Shown here: positions 42,084 through 55,650 of the stretch, one piece after another
Layout: the number at the start of each line of letters is the position of its first letter
Numbering within the stretch: position 1 is the first letter of the stretch
Assembly: GCF_009914755.1 (NCBI RefSeq)
Contig: NC_060927.1
DNA from: the human T2T-CHM13v2.0 reference genome, Homo sapiens
Strand: one strand, 5' to 3'
DNA: 64,000 nucleotides
The notes under the pieces: generated by a model
The model's database searches: none
What the model was told of the DNA's origin: nothing
Seen by the model: only the letters and a program-made list of their open reading frames with translations
Translations under genes and position numbers: made by a program

Positions 42084-42191
42084 CCAGCCAGCGTGGCAGA
42101 CGGATGGTTTTCATGCTGAAGCTCATGTAGCTTCGAATAAACATCCATGTCGTGACTATGGCAAAGATGAGGGCCAGGAGGCGAAGCACAC
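42084..42191 (-). CDS. FAM3D: FAM3D exon 3, hydrophobic signal peptide region GVLRLLALIFAIVTTWMFIRSYMSFSMKTIRLPRWL
   Basis: 108 nt, CAG| ... TGGCTGG|GTGAGT. Peptide visible in ORF 42004..42240. Confidence 0.96.
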
Positions 42192-43960
42192 CTGCTGAGC
42201 AAGGGGATGCTGCCAGGAGACCACAGAGCCAAGACCACATTGCAAGACCACGTGTGAGTTCTTCCCAAATCCCACAGACCCCATGCTATAGGCTCAGACC
42301 ACATCCATGCTGGGGACCAGACCATGGGACCATGTGGTAAGATGTGTGAATTTGTCCAGTGGCCAGTTAGTGAGATTGTGATGCCAGGTCATGTGGCAAC
42401 ATTGCCCCAAGTGGGTCCCCTGGGAGAGAAAGTTAAAAATGTGCCTGCCTGGGCTCCACTTAGCCCTCCAGAGGGAGAGAATCTCTAGCAATGAGGCCAG
42501 CATTCTAGACCTTTCTGTAGCCCCTTAAGGGGAGGCCTGAGAACAGCAGTGGGAGGGCAGGACTCTGGGAGGGGAGCCCTGGAAAGGGAGTCAGGAAGGC
42601 TGTGGCCAGTGCTCAGGGCAGCCAGCAGTGCTGTGTGACTCTGAGTAGGAGCTCAGCCTCTCTGAGCTGAAGTCCTTCAGGCACAGAGCAGACCTGGTAA
42701 CACCCTTGCCCCTGAGCTTGTTGGCAGGGATATTGTAGTTGTCTAAAGTAGGCAGCCTCCAGGTGGCTTGGGGTTGGGGCTGCCCCCCACAGTTTCCATC
42801 AATTCTCCCTCAAGGCCTCCACAAATAACCGCACACTGGACTTGCTGTGCAGCTTCCAGACAAGCCACAGCTCCCTGGCCCCTGCCTCATGGCCAGATTG
42901 CTTTCTGATTCCCCATGTGATTGGGGAACAACCCCACACATGGGGACGAGCCACCTGGAGTTCCCTTTCTTTACAGGGACCGGAAAGCAGGCTCCATTTC
43001 ACATCCCTGCTACCTTCTGAATCAGACCCACCCATTCTGCTCTGACTCTTGAGGCACAGGCCCAGCTGTGGCACCCCTCCCTCTGACCTCCCTGTTGGCA
43101 TCTCCCCTGCTCCCCAGCCCCGAATTCAGCTCTAGAGCCTTGAACTAGTCTCTGACTACTCAGGCTGGGGAGAAGGCCCGCCGGGTCCTGTGGGGTGGGA
43201 TGCAGGTCTGTGGGGATCCCTGGTCTTCAACGGCACAGCACGGATCTAGGCACCCAGAATTCCTCTTGGGTATCAGCTCATGTTCACCCAGCACTCAATT
43301 TTGTGCCAGGCACCATGTGAGCAACTTTTGAATACATTATCTCAGTTCATTCTCTGAGTAACCCTATGTGCTGGATACATTGATTATTCCCATTTTACAT
43401 ATGAGGAAACTGAGAGGCGGTCACTTCCCCACTGTCACTTGGCTAGTAAGTGTCAAAAGTGGGGTTTACACCCAGAGAAGTAAGCCGACTTCAAAACCCT
43501 GTGCCCCTGACTCCTTACAGCTGTTCTAGAATGTAAATGAGGCAGGTGCATTTCGTGTCTGCTGCCTCAGTTTCCCTATCTGTACAAAGGGGGGTACAGT
43601 ATGAGGGTGTGGACTAGAAGGCCTTTGCCTCCCTCTAGAATTTTTATGGTATAAAAATTCTAGAATAGCCCTCCTCGAGGTAAATATTTTTGTCTCTAAT
43701 TTCCAACCAGGCCAAGTGTTTCCAAGATGGGCAGTCTCAATGATCCCAGCCATGTGGGGCCTCTGTGCAAAAGTTCCTCATGCCTTTCAGCCTAGAGACA
43801 GGAAGTCGCCTCTTCTACTCTTCCAGCCTCCCCTGGATTGCTTTCCTCCTGGAATTCGGGCCTGACCATTTGAGAACAGATACAGCCAAATCACTGTGAG
43901 CCCAGGATGGGTGGACACAGCTGACAGAAAAATGACTCCAAAACCAATTTCAGAGCCTAC

Positions 43961-43973
43961 CTGACACTCTCAT
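43961..43973 (-). CDS. FAM3D: FAM3D exon 2 coding part (exon 43961-44011), M-R-V-S-g
   Basis: Acceptor TAG|GTGGAAG at 44011. ACAGGATGAGAGTGTCAG|GTAGGC. An in-frame TGA lies upstream of the ATG within exon 2. Confidence 0.93.
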
Positions 43974-44314
43974 CCTGTCCAGGTGAAGGGTGGCTTGGGG
44001 TCAGCTTCCACCTATGGAGAGAAGAAAATCCAGTCGGAAACTGGCATCAGGTCTGCAAGTGATCAAGCCTGAAGATGAGGGAAAGGGACCTCTAACTGTG
44101 GAGATCATAATTCTTTCAGTTGGGTTCCTCACCACCTGCCATATGAACAAGAGGGCAATTTTCCTCCTTTCCTGTCTGCCTCCATGTCTCCTTCACTCTT
44201 GCCCCTGGAGTTTTATATTCAATTCTCCATGTTTTTTTGAAGTGCAGAGATTAGAAAGTAGAGGAAGGTGTAGTCTGGTAAGCCACTGTCTTTTGGGAGA
44301 TTTGATTTATTCAC

Positions 44315-44510
44315 TTATCCATCTATCCATTTGTTCATCCATCTCTTCACCCATCCATTCATCAACCCATCAGTTGATTAATCCATCCTTCCATCCATCC
44401 ATCCTCTATCCGTTCACTTTTCCATCCATCTGTCTATCCTCTATCTACCTGTCCATCCATCCTTTCAGCTGTCTATTTAGCCCTCCTTCCCTTCCTTCCT
44501 TCCTTCCTAC
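44315..44510. repeat. Degenerate (CCAT)n/(CCTT)n
   Basis: Direct reading. Confidence 0.8.
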
Positions 44511-47500
44511 CAGCCAGCCAGGGAGGTTGAGCTAGCTAGCTGCAGTGAAACCATCAGGGAGCAGAAGCCCAATCGATCTTTGTTTATTGTACCAAGATAA
44601 AGAGTAATCACAACTCACGTATTGCAGGTGACTTTGTGCCAGGTGCCATCTATGCATTATCTCTTTAATCCTCACAACCCCCATGTTAGGGATGAGTAAG
44701 CAAGACCCACCATGGCTAAGTTCAGGGTTATTCAGCTTGCAAGGGTGAGAGCCAGAATTTGGATGCAGGTTTCTGGCTGCTGAACACTCCCTGAAACCCC
44801 TCTTCATCTGTCCTACTGCGGTCTCACTGCCAAGAATTTTTATCTCAGAGGAGGGTTGAAACCAAAGTTTTCTCCCTTATTCAGTTCTGAGCAGGGCAGG
44901 GTCATCTTTCTCTTCACCTCCCCCTGTGTCACCCCCCAGGTGCTGGGCAGTTACCAGTGATTTGCAGCTTTGAAACCCCCAGAAGGTCTGTGGAGACTTA
45001 GAGGACAGGAGGTCTTTGGTCCCAGACTTCCCACACCAGCTCCAAGGCAGCAGGTAACCTTCTCTGACTGTGATGACCTCTCCCACAACTCTTCCTGTCC
45101 CCTGCCCACCCCAGAGTCTTTATCCTAAAAATCCATCTCAACAGACATGGTCTCCAAAGTTCAACTGCCAAAGGCTCAGACCTGAGACAGGAGACTGGGC
45201 TCATGCCTGGCACAGCCCCCAACACCCTCTTCAACCTTGAGCAAGTCTATTCGCCTCCTTGGCCCTCCATATGTACATTGAGAGGTGCTCGGGCTGAACC
45301 AGTCCTTAATGTTTAAGCAACAATAACAGCAACAGCAGCAACAACTGCAAAACCACACCTCCTCTTGTGAATTGTAACAGTCCTCCCACCACCCTGATCC
45401 TACTCCTCTAGGGCCTTCCAGGTTAGAAAACCAAGCTGTCACCTGGCTCTACCCACAGAAAAATTGTGGAACTTTAACTTCCTGAAATTCAGATTACCAG
45501 CTTTTTTTTTCCAGATAAAAAATATATTATGATCACGACTACGCTTTGGATGCGACCTACAGTCCAGGAACCTAGGTTCTTGGATGAGACTCAAAAGACA
45601 CTTGGAGGAACCCCATGTTAGAGGAGCCAGGAGAGTCGGTGGCCGGACAGGATGGAAGGACAGGGACAGGGTCAGAGAGATGGGGTTGGATGGACAGACA
45701 GACATGAATATTCACAGAGGGTGTGTACAGAGACACTCCAGTCTGGGACAGAGTTGAAGGGGGAGACGGAGAGAAGGGGCGGGGTGGTGGGGAAGAGAGA
45801 GAGAGAGAGAGAGAATGAGAAGAGGGAGACACAACAAGTACTTTTAATATGCGCACACACAGATTCGAAGAGAAACACTCAGAGACAGACAAGAGAGATA
45901 GGGACAGAGACAGAGGGTAGGGGACACACACCTGGGCAGAGGGTTAGCCTCTTGCTGTCCTGTCCATGCTGAGCAGGAAATCTGGCTTCAGGGCAGTGGG
46001 GTGGAGAGGGGCAGGGGCCAGGGGTCAGTCCCCATTGGGCGGTGAGGGCTCCCCAGCCTGCTCTTCCTCTGGGCTGAGTTGCCCTCCCAGCACCTGCAGA
46101 GCTACCTGGTGTCGTGAGTTTCTAGCCTGCTCACCGTGGCAGCCCGTGAGTGCTCTGGAGCTGGGGCCCAGGACTGGCCTGCTGGGGTGGGGAGGGGGAA
46201 AGACACTCGGAGCAGGTACACAGGGTGGAGCAAGAATCCCTCTGTAGCCACCCAAACCCCAAAGAGTGTGTTTTCTCCTTCCTGTTGGAGATTGTCCCAA
46301 CCTGTTATTCAGGTTACAAAGTTGCCCGGCAAAGGAACGAGGAGAAAAGTTCTATTGCCCTGGATGCTTACCTAGCCAGCCTAGCATGGCTAAGTCCGCT
46401 TAGGGGTGGTGTATGTGCAAGTGGCAGTGGAAAGGGAGGGGGCAGGTCTGGGGACAAGGTGGGGTTGGTGAAGGCATGAATCACTGCAAGCCACCCCGTT
46501 CCTCCCATTGTCTGTCCTCACTGTCCTTGGACCTCTTCCTCTGAACTGCCCTTCCCCATAGCTCCCTTCTCATTTCTGACTGCAGGTCAGCCGTGTGTGT
46601 AAGCCCCAAGCCTCTCTTTTCAATGGCAGGCCTAGGATGCGGGGCATTGAGGAAGTGCTGGATGAATATTTGGAAACTGAATGAATTGAATTCTTGCATC
46701 GTCCTGGAAGGTTAGAATGATTAAACCACCAGATAGAGAAGAAAGTTGAAGTTCAGAAAGGGCAAGTCACTTGTCTAGGGCCACACAGTCAGTTGTGGAG
46801 CTCATTTCCAAAGCATTCCCTGAGCATCCCTGGGAAGATTGGGGGAGATAGGGCTGTGAGCAAGACAAGTTCTGGAGCAGCCCCAGGCCTTTGCAGTTGC
46901 GAGTCCCTCTGTCTGAATACGGTTCTCCTATTTCTTTGTCTGGAATACTCCTTTGTCTGGAATCCTTCAGGTCTCATTGGAGAAATCACTTCTGGGAAGC
47001 CTTCCCTGACTCTCTGAGTCAAGGTTCAACACCTACCTGTGGTCCTGGATGGGAGCACATCCATCATGGCACCCGCCCTGTCATAAGGGTCTGGCCAATC
47101 AGAGCTTTGCAATTTCCCTGTGATTGGTTCAGGAGTGAGCATGTGACCCAAGCAAGGCCAACCAGACTTTTCCCTGCAATTGATGTATGGGAAACTGGGG
47201 AGAGAGAGGCTCTCTTCTCCCTGGAGATGCTAAGCTAGATGTGATAAGTCTGGGGCTACTGAGGTCCCATCCTCAACCACTACGGTGCATCCCTCCTGTG
47301 GTAGACGTGTCCTGCCAGCAGATGCAAATACAGGGGCAGAGCAGCTGGGGCAATGCATGTGATCTTGGTCTTAAAAGCATCAGGCAGCGAAAACCTGTGA
47401 TACTGGGAGAAGAGAACGAATTTGTGGATCAGACAGACCTGGGTTTGCCACTTACTAGTTGTGTGTTTTTCCGCACATCTCTCCAGGCTTTGATTTCTTC

Positions 47501-49402
47501 CTTTGTGAAAAGAAGGTGATGCTATCTACCTGTCCTGGAAGGGATGTTGGGCAGTGAGGCCACCTGTCTGGAAGGGGTCCGCCGTCCTGGCAGGGTCCAC
47601 TCATCTCTTCCCTGTTGACAGGCCCCCTTCACTCTGCTGCCTCTCGCTAGTGCACCTCCAGGGCACGATTCCTATACGGATGTTTGCTCTTTCTGCAGAC
47701 CCAAAATGCCATCACAGCTCCTTTCTGCCTGCCGGTCTGTGACATTTCTTAAAGGCCCTACAGGAGCCGGGATGTCAGCACTTCCTGTTGCCTGCGGCCT
47801 TCTGTACACAGGGCCTTTAATCTCAACCATGACCTGTCCCAGAGCCAAGATGGACAGAGAAAGAGATGCTGTCTCTCCAGGCTGAGAAGGTGGAGCAGTG
47901 CACCCTGGTGGAGAAAGAAGTGACTATTTTCCCTGCTTAAATCCTGGCTCCTGGCCCGGCATTCTGTGAATCTCTCCGTGAAAGCACCTTGTCAGCCTTC
48001 ACAGTCAGCCCTGATTTTCAGGCCAGCTTCCCCTCCAGGGAGTGGCTCTCAAAGGCTTTCTTCATCCGCGGCCGGATGCTAGCACCGAGGCACACAGTAG
48101 GTGTGCAGTAAATGTTGTTGGAAGGAAGGAAGTGGGTTTCCGTTTGGGAAAGGAAACTGGGAGGTAAAAAGCTAGGAGCTGCTCCCTCCATCTAAATGAC
48201 TTCTTTTTTTTTCACCTCATTACTAACATTTTTCTCCGAAGTAGAAGTCTGCCCAGAAGACATGCTCAGACTCTAGGGCCTAACTAGTCTCTTCTGGAAA
48301 TCCAAGTCCAGCTCTTTTCCTCATTATCCCGGGAAATTCTGCAGACAGAGTGTGGTCACCAGAGGCAGAGGGGTTCCATCAGTTCTTCCTCTTCAGGCTT
48401 CTTTCTGCTCCACTTGTCTCTACCAGCAATGCTGCTTGGGCAAGGCTTCATAGCAGGGGGTGAATTCTGTGTGCATGAGTGCGGGAGATGGAAACTCTAC
48501 AGAGATAGTGACAGGGCTGAGGGAGACAGACTTCAAAAGAAAGAGACAAGACTGAGGTAGAGAGACAAAGAGAATGAAAAAGAAACAGAGACACTCAGAG
48601 ACTGGAAGTGGCTGGCATATTAACAGACACACAGGCACACATGTAGGCATGCATGCACGTGAGTCAGGGCACTGCCATGGGTCCTGCCCTGAAGCAGGGG
48701 GTGTGCAACCCTGCCTAGACCCAGTTGCCCCTTGCTATGAGTCTCCCATCACCCCCAAAAGCCATCCTGAACACCCGCAATTGTGACCCAGGCCTGTGTG
48801 AAGGAATCAAAGTAACCAGAGGCCCCCTTTCATCCTCTAAATGGTCCTTCTTATAAACGCCCAATATTTATGGGCAATTATTGATCATGTCACCAATACA
48901 GACGGGGAGATAAACAGCGAATAAATCCATAAACAATAAGACTAGTGGTTTGAACAATTTGTTCCAGTGACATTTATTTTGGAAGGAAAGAAGCCCATTA
49001 TTCCCATTATGCCCTGTTTTAATTTTATTTATTGGTGTTAATGGTTTTCTCCAGCTCTGGCCAATGGTAGAATTATTGGGCCAGTCAGAGCTGCATGGCG
49101 GGAAATGCAAGAAGACACGAAAATGTGCAGGATTTTTAGGGTTTTTACTCCTCAAGTTCCTAGGGTGCTTCCCAGAATAAGACAACAAACGCCACATGCC
49201 AGATACTACCCTGAGACTCTGACTTATTTTAACTCGTTTAATCTTACAACAGCTCAATGAAGAAGTAAGGGAAACTGAGGCACGGCGGTCAAGTCACATA
49301 GCTGGCAAGAGTCAAAGATAGAAAAGATCCCAGAAATAAACCCAGGCGATATGTGTCAGGAGACCACACATTCTTAACCACTTTGCCCAACTCAAGCACA
49401 AG

Positions 49403-49603
49403 TTGTAAAGGATCACATAGTAAATATTTTGGGCTTGGCAGGCCGTATGTTCTGTTACAACTACTCAACTCTGCCTTTGTAGGAGGAAAGCAGCCACAGA
49501 CAATATATAAATGAATACATGTAACTGTGTTCCAATAAAACTTTATTTATAAAAACATGTGGCCGCTGCATTTGACCTGCGGGCTGTTGTTTGCCCACCT
49601 CTG
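49403..49603. mobile_element. MER58-like hAT-Charlie element
   Basis: ATAGTAAATATTTT...CAACTACTCAACTCTGCC...TTCCAATAAAACTTTATTT. Confidence 0.85.
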
Positions 49604-51312
49604 CCCTGGGTGTGGCCTCTTTTAGCTCTAGGTAGACCCGAGCCTCAGGTGTTCCTTTTGCTGAGCTTCAGCCTGCCTGTCTTTGGCTCAGCCAAGGTGA
49701 GGGAGAAGGGAGCCTCCCATGGGATAAGAGTGAGTTTCTAAGATTCTGTTCTCCCACCCCCATGTCTCTCACCAGCCAGTACCCTCCTCGGGGGGTGGCT
49801 CCATGAGCTCTGCTTTCTTGGCAGGGGTCAGCCACCTCTCCCCTCTCCTCAGATAGGTTTTAGGGAGACTTTCCTCCCATTCACCTGACAGATCATCCTC
49901 TGAAGGTGCCACGCTCAGTACCTGGCACCCAGGTCACCCTCAGTAAGTGGCAGCTCCAGTCATATTTGCACCCTTCGACTTTGCAGAGGCCTCATGTGGC
50001 CTGGGAATTGGGAGTCTGTATAACGTGGTGGCTAAGAGTGGGGGCTTTGGTGCCCATCTAGGTCCTGTCATGGGAGCGTGGACACAGTCCTCTCTCGGCC
50101 TCAGCTTCCTTTCACATGGCCATCACGATCTCTAATTTAGTGAAGATTAAAGGCAAGAATGCACCCAAAACCCAACACCTGGCACAGAGGAAGTGCTCTG
50201 CAAGTAACAGTTGTTAATCAAGCAGGCTTTCTTGCCCTCTCCCTTGGAGATGCTCCTCGCACCCTCCATCCCCCTTCTCAAGGAGGCAGAAATAGGCTGA
50301 AGAACAGGGTGTGCTCCACATGGAAAATGGGTTCCTCCAGGTCCCAGCAGAGCAGCTGGAGAGAGAGGAAGCCATCTGGACAGACATTCAGCCCCTTCCC
50401 TGCCCTCCAGTGTCTGAGGGGATGGGGGAAATCTCAGGATACTGGACATCTGCAGGTCCATTAGCCCCAGAGGCCAGTTTGTGCCCCAGAATTTCTCTTT
50501 GCTGAGAGCTGGGTGTGTTTTCCCCAGAGAGGACAAACTGGATCAGGGTGGGGCTGCGCGGAGTTCTGGGTTCACCCCCTGGCCCCTGCAGGCCTGCTGC
50601 TGGCCTATTGGAATCACTTCAGCAGGCCAAGCATGAAGCATGAAGAGATTCACCTCCCGCCCAGTGGGTAATTTATTCATTTCCGTCTGAGACAGCTGGG
50701 TCTTGACCTCTTCAATTAACCAACGTCGTGGCCTCCACAACAAAGTCGATGGTGGCTTGGGAAGCCATTAGGAGATAAGTCTTGCCTAGGAAGGCACGGG
50801 ATCAGGAGATCTCACTGAAGAAGTAATAATCTTAATAACAATCACAATAATAATTCTAATAGGTATTATTAGTATTCTGCCAATATTAAGCCCTGTGTCT
50901 TTTCATTTAATTTTCCCAACAATCTTATTGGCAGATTCTTTTTCTTAACTGCATTTACCAGTGAGGAAAGAGCTTTAGAGAGAGTAAGTGGCTGGTCCAG
51001 AGTCACATAAGTAGAATGACTTATGTGGTATGCCATCTGTGACTTTGCTAACAGTAGTGTAATAAAGTAGGGGCAGTTGGAGTTGGGGTGGTGGACATCT
51101 GTTCCCCCTTCTTCTGCTGACCACCCTAATTTTCCTTTGGGAATCAACCCCTCCCTCCGAGGCAGTTGGTGGGGGTTACTCCCTTCTCTGGCTCCAGGGG
51201 TGACTCTGTGGTCCTGGCTTAGCAGATGAGTATGATCTATCTCTGGGTTGCAGAGATGGGGTCAGACACGGGCTGGTGGCCCAAGCCAAGAAGACCAGAG
51301 CCTTCCTAGCAC

Positions 51313-51606
51313 TTTTTGTTTGTTTTTGAAATGGAATCTTGCTCTGTTGCCCAGGCTGGAGTGCAGTGGCGATCTCAGCTCACTGCAACCTCCGCCTCCT
51401 GAGTTCAAGCGATTCTCCTGCCTCAGCCTCCCCAGTAGCTGGGACTACAGGCATCCACCCCCATGCCCAGCTAATTATTGTATTTTTAGTAGAGACAAGC
51501 TTTCAACATGTTGGCCAGGCTGGTCTCAAACTCCTGACCTCAAGTGATCCACCTGCCTTGGCCTCCTGAAGTGCTGGGATTACAGGCCTGGGCCACCATG
51601 CCTGGT
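51313..51606 (-). mobile_element. Alu (AluS-like) within an old MLT1-like LTR (about 51020-51940)
   Basis: Antisense dimer; flanks resemble MLT1. Confidence 0.9.
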
Positions 51607-54600
51607 CTCCTCCTACCACTTTTGAAGGACTTTCCAGGAGAAAGGAGCTGCCTTTCTGCTGGAGTGGCTAAGTTGAGATGACTCTGAACTGGAGATGTTA
51701 TGTATATCTTTGCCACCACATGAACACAGGCTGTCTGAGCATAGAACAACATGGAGAAAAGGCTCCCAGAGATGGACACAGAGTGCTGGGGGTGTCATTT
51801 GAGCCCCCAGATCTGCCTTCTTGAAGTCAGAATTATCTCTGGACTTTTCTGTTGTGTATGTCAATACCTGTCCTTTACTTGTTGGGCTGGTTTCAGCTGG
51901 TTTCTGTCACTTGCACCCAGAAAAGTCCTACCTGATACATGATTTTCCCATTTCAAACTACAGTTACATCTGCAAGAAAGACTCGGATTAGACTCCCACC
52001 CTACCCCTTCCCTCCTGAGGTTTGAACACTTCAGTCCTCATGGGACCTAAAGAATCAGGCCAACTCTTGGCTTTTTCTCTGTGTCTTCAGCAACAGCCTC
52101 CTTCCTGATGGCTTCCATACCAGAAGCCACACTGCTCCTGTCATTTTCACCAGAACATTCCTCCAACACAGAACCAGTTGTACCTGCAGAAAGGTCCAAG
52201 GCCTTGGTTTTGTGCCTGGCTCCCAGCCTCTCCCCGGCCCTGCTGAGTGACTCCCTGCTCCCAGCTCCCAGCTCCATGCCTCTGCTCACAGGGATTTCTC
52301 CACCAGGGCTGCCCTCACCTGTCCTCGCCAGAGGAATTCCATACTTTGTGGAATGTGGCCTCCTTTGTGAGGTCCCCCTTCTGCAGCCTGTGCAGGCCTA
52401 GATCATTCCCTCTGCGATGTGTGTGCATGTCGGAGGGAGAGGAGTGTGGTGGCCAACAGCATGGATCCTGGAGCTGGACTGCCTAGCCATAAAGCCTATC
52501 AGATAAAGCCTACCGTTCATAGCCTTGCCACCTTGGGCAGGTTACCTCACCTCCTTAGGCCTCAGTAGTTCACTGCAAAATGGGGATGATAAGACCTCCC
52601 ATGCAAAGTTACTGTATTTAAACCAGCTAATCCATGTACAGTACTCGGCACCATTCTATAGACACAGGCAACCCTCCATATGCATTGCCCAGTTTTGGGA
52701 CTGCTGTTTGTACTGATTACGTAGAACTTGTTCACATCTCTTGTACAGTGCAGTCCCTGACTCCTTTTACTCTCAATCATTGATGTGACTAATTTATCTG
52801 ATAGGCTGTGAACTTCCTGAGACAGTGTCTAATCATTTCTAGAATGCCCAGTTCCATGCAGACTGCCTGGTGCATAGAAGGTGCACAGCTTGGACAACAG
52901 CACTGTCCTATATTGTGCACCTACTACGTGGCAAGCATCATGGTAGATGCTTTGCACACATTGTCTTTTTCAAAATGCACACTGTCAAATCCCAAAGAAC
53001 TTATTACCGTCCTCATTCTTTTGAGATAAGGGAGGGTCAGACAAGCCAATAAGATAGGCAACTTGCCTAAGGTCACATGGTTGGAAAAAGGGCAGAACTG
53101 GGATTCAAATGCCAAAGGCAGGGTTGCTCTCCCCACAACCTCTATGTCTTTGTCTCCCCAGGCCACACCCTTGGGGGAGCAAACCTCTGAGCCTCCAGAA
53201 GCAAGGGATTGGCACCAACTGTAGGAAATGTCTGCTCCGCTCCAGGGCACCTGCCCTCTGGGACTGCAGGCTGGGTGGGGGCTGCCAGTCCCCCAGGCAG
53301 GCTTGTCGGCTGCCCACTTGAAGTCTCACCAGGACTGCCAGTAGTAGACAGGTAGGTCTCCTCCAAGGGGGAGCAGCTGCCCCAGCACCAGGAAATGTTG
53401 GCAAATGATGACTTCGAGCATCCCCCACCCCAGGGAAGTGCCAATGAGGAAGTTAGGCCCCTGGGTTCTGGAGGCTTCAACATTCCTATGGGAAGCAGCA
53501 GGGTCTGTGTGTAAAGATGGAGTTGAGCTCAGGAAGAGGTGTGCACACCATGGCCATAAGACAGAAGCCCCTAAACCTCCAGGTGCCCAAGGGCAGACAG
53601 GCAGATGCACAGATTTGGGCAGATGCTGAGCAATGGCAAACTCCTCCCTAGCCTGTGCAGACCTGGGCGCAACAACCTCACTGACTTCACCTTCCACCAC
53701 CAGCTACTACCCCTTTCCTGCTTGAGCTGCTCTGCCCTCCTCTTTCTTTCCTCCTGTTCCCCCTTCTCAGAGATTCTCCACTGACCCAATCTTTTCCTCC
53801 CCTGCCCTTCACTCCTGAAGGACCCGGCATTCTCTTGGGAGAAGTCTGCCCTGACTCCCAGGCTATCTCCATGGTGCATGTCAAACTGTTTTGAAAATGA
53901 CTATCTGTGCAAGTTTTCCCTTTCTGGTTAGAACCATGTATGATACCTCATCTTGTTAATCATTGTGTCTTGTTTACCTGACCCAATTAATGCTCACTGG
54001 ATGAATCATCTAGAAGGACACTCTTGTACCCAGGCAGCCCACTTCCAGCCATGGACTCAGAATCCACTGCAGTGTAGAGTCAGTGTGGCATAGTGGGCAG
54101 GAGCAAAAGCTTTGCAGCCAGATTGCCTGGGGAAGTTATTAAATCTCTCACTGCCTTGGCTCTCCGTCTGCAGAGTGGGAATAATCATGGTGCTTTCCTT
54201 GTAGAGGTGATAGGAAGATTAAATGTGTTATTATATGGAGAGCACTTAGCACATCATACATGTTATTTTATGTACTTCAGTGATGATTATCATAGTTGCG
54301 TAGACAATGAGAACTTCAGCGATTGATGGGGGATATTCAGACTCTCTCTCCCATTTTACAGATGAGGAAACTGAGTCTTAGTGAAAGGGACTAGCTCAAT
54401 ATTACATAGCTAGAAAATCTCTCAAGTCCATGCACCTTTGTCATAACTTTTCAGATCATTACCTTATGAGAAAAATGAGATTTGGGGCCAAAGAACAACA
54501 TTCCTTTCTTTTTTATTCATTTTTCAAATATTTGTGTGGCTCATTGTTGATCATTGGAATGTGTTTTTTTGAATCAATAGATGAGTGAATGAAAGAATAA

Positions 54601-54993
54601 ATGTTGAGGGGCCCCTGTGGTTAAGGAAAAAACCCTGCAGTGTGGGTTATCAAATCCCTAGCTGGCATGCCCTACAGCTCCTTCTTGTGCCCATGGCAGA
54701 CATAGCTAATCAATCATAGCATGCTTTTGCCTGAGCCCGAACCCAGCCCCAGAATCCTTTTTATCACAGTCTAATTTCATTGATCAGGCCTGGTGCCTCA
54801 GATGAAATCTATTTGCCTTCCTGAGTCTGATCTCAGGAATCTCTTCGATTATGTGGTTTCCTTCTTTCTTTCCTTTCATCATTCTGTCTCAGGCTCTTTC
54901 ACTCCTGTTTCCCACCCTCCCCACCTCCATTTTCCCCTCTGTCAATCATGTGTACCTGGAACCATAGCCCTTTCCATTCTTGGGGGGACGTAC

Positions 54994-55230
54994 CCGAGGG
55001 CTCGAGGCTCCCACTTCCCTGCTTCGATGGAGAAGGCGAGGTGGTCCAGCAGGTGCCGTAGGTCCCTGACCCAGCTGACCACCACCCTGGGCCAGCTTCT
55101 GACAGTCCCACCTCCCAGTTGCTGGAGGGGTAGTGGCCTCACAGACGGCCCTCCTCTAGATGCAGTGGGCCCAGAGGGTGAGACGGAGTGTTGCGGGCCG
55201 CCAGTGGGCCAGCTGCTCCTGCCCTGCGCA
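54994..55230 (-). other. FAM3D: FAM3D exon 1 (5' UTR; upstream boundary approximate)
   Basis: GC-rich, ends CCCTCGG|GTACGT (donor GT at 54993). Joins exon 2 to give the FAM3D 5' UTR as I recall it. No AUG within 54994-55230. Confidence 0.8.
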
Positions 55231-55650
55231 GGCTCTGCCCCTCCTTTGAGGAAGTTTGCCATCAACTCTCCCTGCCCTGTTAAACAATCTCACAAGGAAG
55301 GAGGAAGTTTATTCTAAGTGCTCACGGGGCAGGAAATGAGTCTAAAGTCTTGCCTGGCTGAGGAGTGGCTTAGGGCCTGGCTGGGGCCTGGGGAGAAGGG
55401 CCATGCCTGTTCCCTTCCTGTAGAGCTATCCTGACCTTGGCAAGGGAGGTTTGGGTGGGAATTCAAGCAACTTAATCAGGAATGAGATACCACAATCTGC
55501 CTTCGAAAACAGCCAAAAAACCTTACAAAAAACCCGACCCTGTGCTAACAACCTCCCCAGGCGCTGGGAGGTGTGGGGCTGGTAGAGCGAGTAACTGCAG
55601 CTGATGATCACCTGCTTTGAGGTTCTGGACTAGAGTGTGGGGGGGTGCTG
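55200..55650 (-). promoter_or_regulatory. FAM3D proximal promoter
   Basis: Directly upstream of exon 1. Forkhead/SOX-like ATTGTTTAACA near 55280 and KLF-type GTGTGGGG boxes near 55570 and 55635. Inferred from position. Confidence 0.6.

Noticed and set aside
43974-44011. N-terminal extension of FAM3D from an upstream start
   Set aside because: In-frame TGA in exon 2 (GGT GGA AGC TGA).
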